Below are positions 37,025 through 46,500 of a stretch of 64,000 bases of DNA, piece by piece. The position numbers were made by a program, and so were the translations under genes. Location of the stretch: positions 1-64,000 of the forward strand of contig CAVVNQ010000016.1 of the NCBI GenBank assembly GCA_963749705.1, written 5' to 3'. How positions within the stretch are numbered: position 1 is the stretch's first letter; every line of letters starts with the position of its first letter. This stretch comes from an uncultured Chloroflexia bacterium. Lineage in GTDB: Bacteria; Chloroflexota; Limnocylindria; Limnocylindrales; CSP1-4. Under the pieces are notes generated by a model. That model searched no databases. It was not told where the DNA came from and saw nothing but the letters and a program-made list of their open reading frames with translations.

Positions 37025-38059
37025 ATGAGCCAGCACGCCCGACGCACCCAGGATCGGACCGTCCTGCCAGGGCCGCGCCCCGCGGTCGCCCAGACTCGGG
37101 CGAACGGGACAACGACCGCCGCTCGCGCCGCCGGCAACGGATCGGCCGGCAGCCTGCAGGCGCACGACGGGCCGAACGAGCTGATGGCGCTCCAGCATGC
37201 CGCGGGCAACCACGCCGTCGCGCGGCTCGTCGGGACCGGCGTCGTGCAACGCCATCCCGGTCCGACGATGAACCAGGAGGTCGAGGACCAGGGGCAGGAA
37301 GCCGGCGCTGCGGGCGCGGGGCCGGTCCCGACCGAGGCGGGCGAGGGTTCCGAGGAGGCCACGGTCGAATCGGCAGGGCCGGCCGATTCGGATGCGACGA
37401 GCCAGCCGGGGACGGGCACCACCGGCAGCACCGGCGCGGGTCCAACGGGAGCAGCCAGGAAGAAGGCGGTCGAGGACGCGTGCCGCGCGAGCGACACCGG
37501 CCGGTGGGCCATGTCCATCATCGAGAAGTGGAAGATCCCCGTCGACTACGAGTACGGCGGCCAGGGATCCTTCCACCAGGGCGGCAGCATCTACATCAAC
37601 AAGACGCTGGGCATCGGCGGCGCGGCGATCACGCTGATGCACGAGGCGCAGCACGCGGACACGTACAAGTCCGGCAAGCAGGCCGACCGCACGACGCTGG
37701 ATCGGGCCACGTACATCAAGCTGTCGATCGCCGACGAGGCGGAAGCCGTCGTCCGGCAGATCGAGGGGCTGGCGATCACGTCCGGCCTGGGGATCGACAT
37801 GACCGGCGCGGCCATCGGCGACGACCTCAAGCAGCGCTACCTGAAGGCCTTCTACGCCAAGCGGGACGCGCTCAAGAAGGCAAACCCGGACATGAGCACC
37901 AGCGAGATCAACCGGATCTGCCGGACCACCGCGCGCGACGAGGAAGTGACCAAGTGGTTCTATGACGGGACATTCGTGACGTCCACCAACCACAACAGCT
38001 ACGCGGTGTTCTACGGCGACCAGTGGGACGAAGTGCACAAGAAGCCGGGCAAGGAATGA
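37025..38059 (+). CDS. Putative effector/toxin: eCIS-effector-like N-terminal motif plus HExxH metallopeptidase domain
   Basis: LMALQHAAGNHAVARLV...VVQR, low-complexity linker, ITLMHEAQH...DEAEA. Confidence 0.7.
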   Translation: MSQHARRTQDRTVLPGPRPAVAQTRANGTTTAARAAGNGSAGSLQAHDGPNELMALQHAAGNHAVARLVGTGVVQRHPGPTMNQEVEDQGQEAGAAGAGPVPTEAGEGSEEATVESAGPADSDATSQPGTGTTGSTGAGPTGAARKKAVEDACRASDTGRWAMSIIEKWKIPVDYEYGGQGSFHQGGSIYINKTLGIGGAAITLMHEAQHADTYKSGKQADRTTLDRATYIKLSIADEAEAVVRQIEGLAITSGLGIDMTGAAIGDDLKQRYLKAFYAKRDALKKANPDMSTSEINRICRTTARDEEVTKWFYDGTFVTSTNHNSYAVFYGDQWDEVHKKPGKE

Positions 38060-38652
38060 CGACGGGCGACGTGGATCGAACCGCGGTGGCGATGGCCATC
38101 GGGCAGCCCCTCGGGGACCGGGTCATCGACGGCCAGGCGCAGCTCGCGCCGATCGCCGTCCCGGGGATCCGGGGAACGGTCGTGTGGCAGGCTCGGGACG
38201 AGACCGGATCACACCCGTGGCAGGTGTACGTCGGGGTCTGGCCGGACGGCTCGGTCCGGGTGCTGAGCGCGGACCAGGAAGCATGGGCCGAACTGGTGAA
38301 GGCCACCGGGGCCCATCTCGACGACGAGCCCGAGGCGCGTGCCTATGTCACGACCTACCTGGAGGTCACCCGCGGCACGCAGGTGATCGTGCAGCCCGTC
38401 AGCTCGCTCGACGAGCTCCGCTGGCGACCCGGCTCGGAAGCGGAAGAGGCGGCCCGGGCCGCGCTGCTTGCCGACCCGCCGGATCTCGCGTCATCGGTCA
38501 CGGCAACGGCGGACGGCTTCCACGTGGAGCTCGCGCTCGTGGTCGATCAGCGCCTCCAGCGCAACCTGTTCGACGTCACGCCGTCCGGGGAGATCACGCG
38601 CACCTCGTTCCGTGTGCTGGCGGAGCACCTCCCGCTCCCGATCGCACGCTGA
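38056..38652 (+). CDS. Hypothetical protein, candidate immunity/partner
   Basis: ATGA-coupled to the upstream gene; 198 aa; no signal peptide or known motif. Confidence 0.7.
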   Translation: MTTGDVDRTAVAMAIGQPLGDRVIDGQAQLAPIAVPGIRGTVVWQARDETGSHPWQVYVGVWPDGSVRVLSADQEAWAELVKATGAHLDDEPEARAYVTTYLEVTRGTQVIVQPVSSLDELRWRPGSEAEEAARAALLADPPDLASSVTATADGFHVELALVVDQRLQRNLFDVTPSGEITRTSFRVLAEHLPLPIAR

Positions 38653-38959
38653 CGCATCGATCGCGCGGACCGACATGTGTCCGCGTGGCGGGTCCACCTC
38701 CCCCAACGTGGAGCTGGCGCTGCCTCGGACATGGGCGCCGGCCGAGCTGACCAACCTGCAGGCCTGACGGCCAGACGGGCGGGACCTCGCCTGCCGGCAG
38801 TCCGCACGAAGATTCCGCCAACCTCAGGCCGTTTCCCAGCATCTAACGATCGGATCACGTCCCGGGTCCGGCCACGTGTCGCGTCGACGACCCTGACCCA
38901 GCGGGCGGCCGGTTCCGGGGACGAGGAGACGTCCGGACGACAAGGGAAGGGGTCAGGGC

Positions 38960-40573
38960 ATGAACGGTCGGTTCGGCCGCGCACGCGCAGCCAGCGTGTC
39001 GGCGATGTTGATCTGGGGAGTGATCGCCGCAGCGCCGGCGGGGGTGGCGGCGACATCCCTGTGTGTCGGTGGTGCGGGCTGCTACGCGTCCGTGCAGGAG
39101 GCCGTCGATGCCGCGCATGACGGCGACACCATCCACATCCATCCCGGGACCTACGCTGGCGGGATCACGGTCAACGTGAGCGTGACCCTCGCGGGTGCCG
39201 GGGCATCGGTCACCCGTATCCAGGGCGGCGGGCCCGTGATCACGATCGGCGTGTTCGATGCCAAGAAGGAGCCAACCGTCACGATCGACGGGCTGACGAT
39301 CCGCGATGGCCTCACCCGAACGAGCCCGCAATCGATGCGTGCGTTCGGAATCGACGGCGTCGTTGCGCTCGGCGGCGGGGTCGAGATCCCGCGGAGCGGC
39401 GTCGGCTCGCTGCTGGGCGCAACGGTCACCATCCGAAACAGCGTCATCACACACAACCGCGTTGCCACGACCGCCACCGTGCCGAGCGGCCTGCCGTGCG
39501 GGTGTCCGTTCGCAGGTGCGCGTGGCGGCGGGATCGACTCGTGGGGCACCCTGACCCTCATCAACACGACGGTCAGCCACAACCTGGTGGGCGCCGCGAC
39601 CGGCCTCGACGACGACGTCTCCTCCGATGCCGAAGGGGGAGGGATCCTGAGCTCGGTCGGGACGGTGACGATCCGGCATAGCGCGATCCACGACAACGCC
39701 GTGGCTGCCGCGGCACCAAACGGCCGGTTCGCCGACGGTGGCGGCATGTTCCTTGAAAGCGGGACGCTCGTCATGGACGACAGTGCGGTGTCCGGCAACA
39801 GCGCCACGCTCTCCGCGGCCTGGCCGGACGACGTCGACATGCTCGCGATCGCCGGCGGGGTCCACCTGGCCGACAGCGTCAAGTCGGGGCGCATCACCGG
39901 GAGCACGATCTCGGACAACTCGGTCAGCATGACCAACTCGGTCGGCTACGCCAACGCATTCTCCGGCGCCATCCACGTCGACTGGGGCGTCAACAACTTC
40001 GAGCTCGCCGACAGCGTCGTGTCCGGCAACTCGGTGACCTCACACGCACTCGCGGGCGGCGACGCGTTCGGCGACTCGGCCGTCGGCGAGGTGCACGGCA
40101 CGATCAGCGGCAGCCGGTTTGCAGGCAACTCGGTCGACGTGCGATCGGCCGGTGGCAATGCGTTCGGGATCGCCGGCGCCTCGATCTTCACGGGCACCAT
40201 CTCGAACAGCCTGTTCCGGGGCAACCAGCTGATGGCGTCCGCCCCGACCGGGCTCGCGTTCGCGGGCGGTGGCGCGCTGCTCGCGGACTACGGGGGGATG
40301 ACCCTGCGCGAGACCACGATCAAGGACAACACCGCAGGGGCCTACGCCGCCGATGCCTACGCGCAGGGTGGGGGCATCTACGACGCCCCCATCCCGGACG
40401 GGCCTCCCGGTGGGCGGCTCACCTTGTGGGACAGCACGATCACTGGCAACGCCGTGACCGGCTCGGCCGGGGCCACGCTGCAGGGTGGAGGGATCTACCT
40501 GGCAGACGAGACGTACAAGGCGACCAATACCGACGTCACCGGGAACTCACCCGACCAGTGCTTCGGCTGCTGA
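38960..40573 (+). CDS. Secreted right-handed beta-helix (pectin lyase-like) protein
   Basis: Signal peptide, SVQEAVDAAHDGDTIHIHPGTY, repeated GGGI...LTL..STI..N units. Confidence 0.85.
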   Translation: MNGRFGRARAASVSAMLIWGVIAAAPAGVAATSLCVGGAGCYASVQEAVDAAHDGDTIHIHPGTYAGGITVNVSVTLAGAGASVTRIQGGGPVITIGVFDAKKEPTVTIDGLTIRDGLTRTSPQSMRAFGIDGVVALGGGVEIPRSGVGSLLGATVTIRNSVITHNRVATTATVPSGLPCGCPFAGARGGGIDSWGTLTLINTTVSHNLVGAATGLDDDVSSDAEGGGILSSVGTVTIRHSAIHDNAVAAAAPNGRFADGGGMFLESGTLVMDDSAVSGNSATLSAAWPDDVDMLAIAGGVHLADSVKSGRITGSTISDNSVSMTNSVGYANAFSGAIHVDWGVNNFELADSVVSGNSVTSHALAGGDAFGDSAVGEVHGTISGSRFAGNSVDVRSAGGNAFGIAGASIFTGTISNSLFRGNQLMASAPTGLAFAGGGALLADYGGMTLRETTIKDNTAGAYAADAYAQGGGIYDAPIPDGPPGGRLTLWDSTITGNAVTGSAGATLQGGGIYLADETYKATNTDVTGNSPDQCFGC

Positions 40574-40726
40574 CCAGCTGAACGGTGTCACCAGGCCGGG
40601 GTTCGGGCATCGATCGTCGATCGATCGCCCCGATCCCGGCCGCGTTCATTCGTCCAGGTCGTGTCATGACACGATAGGCTCCGCAGGGCCTGAGCAGGGA
40701 CGTCGACGATGTTCTCTGGAGGATCG

Positions 40727-41308
40727 GTGGCCACGACCGTCGATGCGGTGTTCGACGATCGGGACGGAGCGCTCATCGAGCGCGCCGCCTCTGGTGACCG
40801 CGATGCGTTCGACCTGCTGATCCAGCCGCGCCTTGACCGCCTGTTCCGGATGGCGGTGGCAATGACGGGCAGCGAATCCGACGCCCGTGATGCGACACAG
40901 GATGCCTGCGTGCTCGCCTGGCGTGAGCTGCCGCGCCTGCGCAGCCGGGAGAGGTTCGATGCGTGGCTCTCGCAGATCCTGGTCAACGCCGCGCGTGGCC
41001 ACGTACGGCGCAGCTCGCGGGTCCGGGTGCGCGAGCTGCCCGTGGAGCCGGATCCCGGCGCCGGTGTCCGCCGGATCGAGCCCAGCGTCGCGGCTGATTC
41101 GGAGACGTTCGCCGAGAGCGACGCGATCCGACGTGCCTTCGCCCGGCTCGACGACACGACGCGCGCACTGCTCGTCCTCCATTACGTGGAAGGCGCACCC
41201 CTCGCGGAGATCGCGCGGGTGGCGGGGTCGCCGGTCGGCACGATCAAGTGGCGACTCTCCCGCGCGCGGGCTGCGCTCGAGAAGGCGCTGAGGGCCGAAC
41301 GACGATGA
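40727..41308 (+). CDS. ECF RNA polymerase sigma factor
   Basis: GDRDAFDLL, DARDATQDA...W..LP.LR...FDAWL..ILVN, EIA....PVGTIKWRLSRAR. Confidence 0.92.
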   Translation: MATTVDAVFDDRDGALIERAASGDRDAFDLLIQPRLDRLFRMAVAMTGSESDARDATQDACVLAWRELPRLRSRERFDAWLSQILVNAARGHVRRSSRVRVRELPVEPDPGAGVRRIEPSVAADSETFAESDAIRRAFARLDDTTRALLVLHYVEGAPLAEIARVAGSPVGTIKWRLSRARAALEKALRAERR

Positions 41309-42684
41309 ACGACTTGATGTACCTGACCGACGACGCGATCCGCGCCGCATTGACCCCTGCGGCCGGCGTCCGGGCGCCGTCCGACCTGGCCGCGGGCATC
41401 CGCTCGGCTGTTGCCACCACTCCCCAGGTCAGACGCGGTGTCCTCGACCTGCGGTTGACGCTGCCCATCGCCCCCGTCGTGCGAGTGGGGCTCGTCGCGC
41501 TGCTGGTCCTCGCTCTCGTGGGCGCGCTCCTGCTCGTCGGATCGCGCCGCCACGATCCGCTGATGCAGCCAGCCGTCCTGACCTACCACGGGAGCCCCGA
41601 TCGCACGGGGGTGATGCCCGGGCCCGCGCCGGCCGGCAGGCTCCGGATCGAGTGGAGCCAGTCGCTGCCTGGCGGCGTGGGCGAGTCGTCGCCGGTTGTC
41701 CTCGCCGGTGTCGTATACGTGGCCGATCAGGCCGGCTACGTATCCGCGTTCGCGGAACAGGACGGCACTCCCCGCTGGCAGGTGTCCGTTGGCGCGCCCG
41801 TCAACAGTGGGCTGTCGATCTCGAACGGGCTGCTGATCTTCGGCGACGACGATGGGATCGTGCATGCGCTCGACATTGCGGACGCCGGCAGGGAGCGCTG
41901 GAAGATCAGCACGCTCAACCCGGTGCATTCGGTCGTTGCCGTGGAAGGTGGTGTCGGGTTCATGGGAGGGCACATCCGCCTGTACGCGTTCGACACGGCG
42001 ACGGGCAGCTTCGCCTGGCCGGCGGCGACAACGCCGGGCGAGGTCAGCCGGGCGGTCGCCGTCGCGAGCGGGCTCGTGTTCGCCGGGTCGGGGGGTGCGG
42101 GACCGTCCGATCCCGGAAGCATCGCCGCGTACGATGCCGCGACCGGACGGTCCGTGTGGCGCCAGCTGCTCGAGCCCGGGAACACCTCGACCCCGTCCGT
42201 CAGCGGCGGGCGGGTGTTCGTGACCGGCGGGCTCGACACCAGCGACACGCCGCCCCATTACCTGTATGCGTTCGATGCGGCGACGGGAACCCCCTCCTGG
42301 CCGGCGCCATTCCACGCACCGTCGGGCGACGTCATGCGCATCGGCGCGGTTGCCGACGGGCTCGTGTTCGCCGAGGGCACCGATGGGATGCTCTACGTGC
42401 TCGACGCGGCAACCGGCGTGCTGCGGGGCGATCCGCTGCCGATCGGGTCAACGTCAACTCCCGACGGCGGCTACGTCGGCGGCGTGTTCTACGCGGCGAG
42501 CGACGACCGCAGGATCCATGCCATCGACGCCGCCACGAGCACCGAGCTCTGGAGCTTCGCGGTGACCGGTGCGCCCGGGGCTCCCGCCATCGTCGACGGC
42601 AGGATCTTCGTCAGCACCAGCCTCAACAGGCTCGAGAGCATCGCCGGTGACAACACCCCGGCAGCGACGGGCGTCGGTCCATAG
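41305..42684 (+). CDS. Putative anti-sigma factor with an extracytoplasmic PQQ-like beta-propeller
   Basis: ATGA-coupled; short N-domain, TM, repeated A[FYL]DAATG...W motifs. Confidence 0.85.
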   Translation: MNDLMYLTDDAIRAALTPAAGVRAPSDLAAGIRSAVATTPQVRRGVLDLRLTLPIAPVVRVGLVALLVLALVGALLLVGSRRHDPLMQPAVLTYHGSPDRTGVMPGPAPAGRLRIEWSQSLPGGVGESSPVVLAGVVYVADQAGYVSAFAEQDGTPRWQVSVGAPVNSGLSISNGLLIFGDDDGIVHALDIADAGRERWKISTLNPVHSVVAVEGGVGFMGGHIRLYAFDTATGSFAWPAATTPGEVSRAVAVASGLVFAGSGGAGPSDPGSIAAYDAATGRSVWRQLLEPGNTSTPSVSGGRVFVTGGLDTSDTPPHYLYAFDAATGTPSWPAPFHAPSGDVMRIGAVADGLVFAEGTDGMLYVLDAATGVLRGDPLPIGSTSTPDGGYVGGVFYAASDDRRIHAIDAATSTELWSFAVTGAPGAPAIVDGRIFVSTSLNRLESIAGDNTPAATGVGP

Positions 42685-42967
42685 TCGGCGCTCTCGCCCC
42701 CGTTGCCGGCGAAGATCGCGAGGCCGATGCGGTGATCGAGACGAGCCTCCCCCAGGGCGGCAGGCAGCGTGAGGCGACGACCCGGGTTTTGCCCGCCGGC
42801 TGAGGTTGGCCTGGCCCAACCGGCGGCTTCAGGGAACGCCTTGACCAGCCTGCGGGGACCAGCCGTCACTGATGCGTCACGGTTGGTCATCGAGCTGACA
42901 TCGCGCCCGTCGAGACTCCGGGTCCTGGATCGGCAGACGCCGACGCAACCACAGGAATGGAGGACCC

Positions 42968-43390
42968 ATGAAGCGCATCATGCTCGCCGTCAGCGCCGGA
43001 CTGCTCGCGATCTCCGCATTCGCCGGACCCGTGTCCGCGAGCCGGGACTTCGGTTCCGTCTACGCGAACGACCTCGTCTACCGCGTGTTCGGCAACAAGG
43101 CCAACGTCCCTGACGGGACGGGGACCGATCCGTTCGCGATCTTTACCAACTCCACCGCCGATGCGCAGTACGGCGTCGCCGAGTTCGCCCCGGGGACGAT
43201 CGGCCACCATGGCGGCCGCTGGGCCATCTATCGCGCGACGTGGACGACGGGCGACTCGTCGACCCGGATCACCAGCTGGTCACAGCTCGAGTCGTTCGCC
43301 GCGAGCGGTGAGCTGACGCTCACCCGCGATCCGCAGGCGGACTTCCGGTGCCCCGTGCTGGGCAACCCAACACCAATTCCGGGCGCGTGA
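42968..43390 (+). CDS. Secreted hypothetical protein
   Basis: Signal peptide MKRIMLAV...VSA; HGGRW...FRCPV; GGAGG RBS. Confidence 0.8.
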   Translation: MKRIMLAVSAGLLAISAFAGPVSASRDFGSVYANDLVYRVFGNKANVPDGTGTDPFAIFTNSTADAQYGVAEFAPGTIGHHGGRWAIYRATWTTGDSSTRITSWSQLESFAASGELTLTRDPQADFRCPVLGNPTPIPGA

Positions 43391-43413
43391 GCTGACGCTC
43401 GCATCCCACCTTC

Positions 43414-43448
43414 AAGCGGGTCGGCCTCCGGGCCGGCCCGCTTCGTGT
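43414..43448 (+). terminator. Intrinsic terminator-like hairpin
   Basis: AAGCGGGTCGGCC-TCCG-GGCCGGCCCGCTT. Confidence 0.65.
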
Positions 43449-43592
43449 CGGCGGCCCGGCCGGGTCGCCGGACGCCGGGCCTGATTGGCGACCGCGGCAT
43501 CGATACGGCAGGCCGGACGGCCGTAGCCACTGCGTCTCCTGCGCCCTAGCATCGGGCGCCTACGCCACCGGACCACGTAGCAAGGGGGCCGG

Positions 43593-46500
43593 ATGGAGAT
43601 CCGGATCCTCGGCCGCGTCGAGATCGTGGATGACGGCCGGGCGACCGCGATCGCGTCCCGGCGACAGCGCGCCTTGCTTGCGCTGCTGGTCGTCCATGGC
43701 GGACGGCCCGTATCGACCGAGCGCATCCTGGATGCGCTGTGGGGCGATTCCCCGCCTGACAGCGGCGCCGGCAGCGTCGCGTTCCACGTCTCGCGTCTCC
43801 GGGCGGCACTGGAGACCGGGAACCGCGACAATCACGACGGCAACGCCCGGGGCCTGATCGCGACCGAGGCCGGCGGATATTCCCTACGCATCGAGCCCGA
43901 CGCGATCGATGCGGCCCGCTTCGAGCGGTTGGCGCGGGAAGGTCATGAGCACCTCGCCTGCGAACCGGCCGTCGCCGCCGGGCAGCTCCGCGACGCGTTG
44001 GCTCTGTGGCGCGGGGAGGCGTTTGCGGACCTGGCCGACCTTGCGTTCCTGCAGCCGGAGATCGCCCGCCTCCACGAGCTGCGGCTGCGAGCGTTCGAGG
44101 ATCGCTTCGAGGCGGATCTCGCGCTGGGTCGTGGCCGCGAAATCGCGGGCGAGATTGCGTCGCTCGTGGCCGAGGAGCCGTTGCGGGAGCATCTCCGGGC
44201 CCAGCTGATGCGGGCCCTGTACGGCGCCGGCCGCCAGGCAGACGCGCTGCGTGTCTACCAGGAGGGGCGGCATCTCCTCGCCGACGAGCTGGGCATCGAC
44301 CCATCCGCCGAGCTGCAGGCGCTCGAGCTGGCGATCCTGCGCCAGGACGCGACGCTCGATGTCACGCGACCCTCGTCCGGGCCACGCAATCCGTACAAGG
44401 GCCTCCGGCCGTTCGGTGAGGCGGATGCCAACGACTTCTTCGGACGCGAGATGTTCGTGGCGAGGCTGCTCGAACGTCTCGCCGTCGTGTCGCGTTCGGG
44501 CGGCCTGCTGCTCCTGGTCGGCCCCAGCGGAAGCGGGAAGTCGAGCGTCATCCGGGCCGGGTTGCTGCCACTGCTCCGGCCGCCGGGTCCCGGCCACGAG
44601 ACGTGGCGGATCGCGGTGATGCTCCCTGGCAGCCGCCCGGAGGAGGCGCTGCTGCAGGCGTTGGACGATGTCGTCGGGAAGCGCAGGCGGCCGGGCTCGG
44701 CGACCACGCCGGAACCGACCGGCGTCGCGGCCGCGCTCTCGCGGGCGGCTGCCGCCGACCCGCGCCGGCTGCTCCTCGTCATCGACCAGCTCGAGGAGCT
44801 GTTCGCGCTTGCGACCGATCCGGCCGAACCCTCGAAGTTCCTGGGTGGGCTCGCCGCCGCCATCACCGGGCCTGCCCCGCGTCCGGCCGTCATCGCGTCG
44901 CTGCGAGCCGACTGGTTCGACCGGCCGCTGCTCAGCGCCGACCTCGGGGCGCTCATCCGGGATGCCGTCGAGGTCGTTACCCCGCTCACCCGCGACGAGC
45001 TCGAGCGGGCCATCGTGCGGCCGGCCGCCGCGGTCGGTGTCGAGCTCGAGCCGGGACTGGCCGCGGACCTCGAGGCCGACGTGGCCGACCGGCCCGGGGC
45101 GCTCCCCCTCCTCCAGTTTGCCCTCACGGAGCTGTTCGAACGAGCGGACGGACAGCGGCTGAGTCGCGCGTCCTATGCGGCGATCGGAGGGGTGGCGGGC
45201 GCCGTCGGACGACGAGCGGAGACGGTCTTCGCGTCGCTCGACCAACCGTCACGCGACGTCGCGCGCCAGCTGTTCCTGCACCTGGTTGCGGTGGGCGAAG
45301 GGCGGACCGTGGCCGCCCGCCGCGTGGTCGTGGACGACCTGCGTTCGATCGAAGCGACACCCGAGCGTGTCGACGCCGTGCTCGACGCTTTCGGACGATG
45401 GCGATTGGTGGCCTTCGATCGAGATCCACGCACCGGCCAGGCGACAGTCGAGCCGGCACACGAAGCGCTGCTGACGCACTGGCCGCGACTTGCGGGGTGG
45501 ATCCACGAGGCCGAGGAGGGCCTGTGGATGGAGGGACGGCTGAATGCCCTGGCCGCCGAGTGGGCGACCGCGGATCGAGATCCCGGCTTCCTGCTCTCCG
45601 GCAGCCGTCTCGACCTGTTCGAGACCTGGAGCGCCACCACCGACATTCGCCTCGACGGCCTCGAGCGCGAGCTGCTTGAAGCAAGCGTGGCGGAGCGGCG
45701 TCGGGCCGAGTCCGTCGAGCGCGATCGGCGCGACCAGGAGCGCCGGCTCGAACGCCGGGCGTCGACGCGGCTCCGGGCGCTCGTGGCGGTGCTGCTCGCC
45801 GCAGCCATCGGGACCTCGGGGTTGCTCGCCGTTGTCTGGCGTCAGGGGGAGGGCGCCCGCGAGGATGAGGCGATCGCCACGGCGCGCGAGCTGGCGGTCG
45901 CCGCGAACGGGCGCCTCGATACCGATCCGGCGCTTGCCCTGCTGCTGGCCGCCGAGGCGGCGCGGGCGACGGCGGACCGGGGGTGGATCACGGAGGAGGC
46001 CCTGGATGCACTGCACTGGGCCGTTCAACGGGCGAGAATCCCGTACCCGTCGAGCGACGTCCCCGTTGCGGTGCGACTTGCGCCGCCCCCCAGCGATTCC
46101 CGCGGCGTCTACCTGCTGCCGGCGCGCGACCTGATCGAGCTCGCGGAGACCTCCGCCGGGCGGTCGCTCACCGCTGACGAATGCCGTACCTACCTGCACC
46201 AGCCGGCCTGTCCGGCCGCGGAGCGACGCCCGATTGACGCGGATCTCCGGGTCATGACCGCCTCGGGCGTGGTGCCGATGACCGATCTGGCCGCCCAGGG
46301 AACCGGAGGCGTGAGCCTGCGGGTCTTCTCGCAGCTGCCCGCCGATCTTGCCGGTGCCTTGGCCGACTATGCGGCCAAGGGCGGTGCCATCTCGATCACG
46401 GATGACGGCGGCACGGGCGATCCTGGAGCCCTGGTTGAGCAGGCTGACGTTGCCATCCTGGCTCGCCCGGGGGATGTCGCTGACCTGGCTCGTGCGGGCT

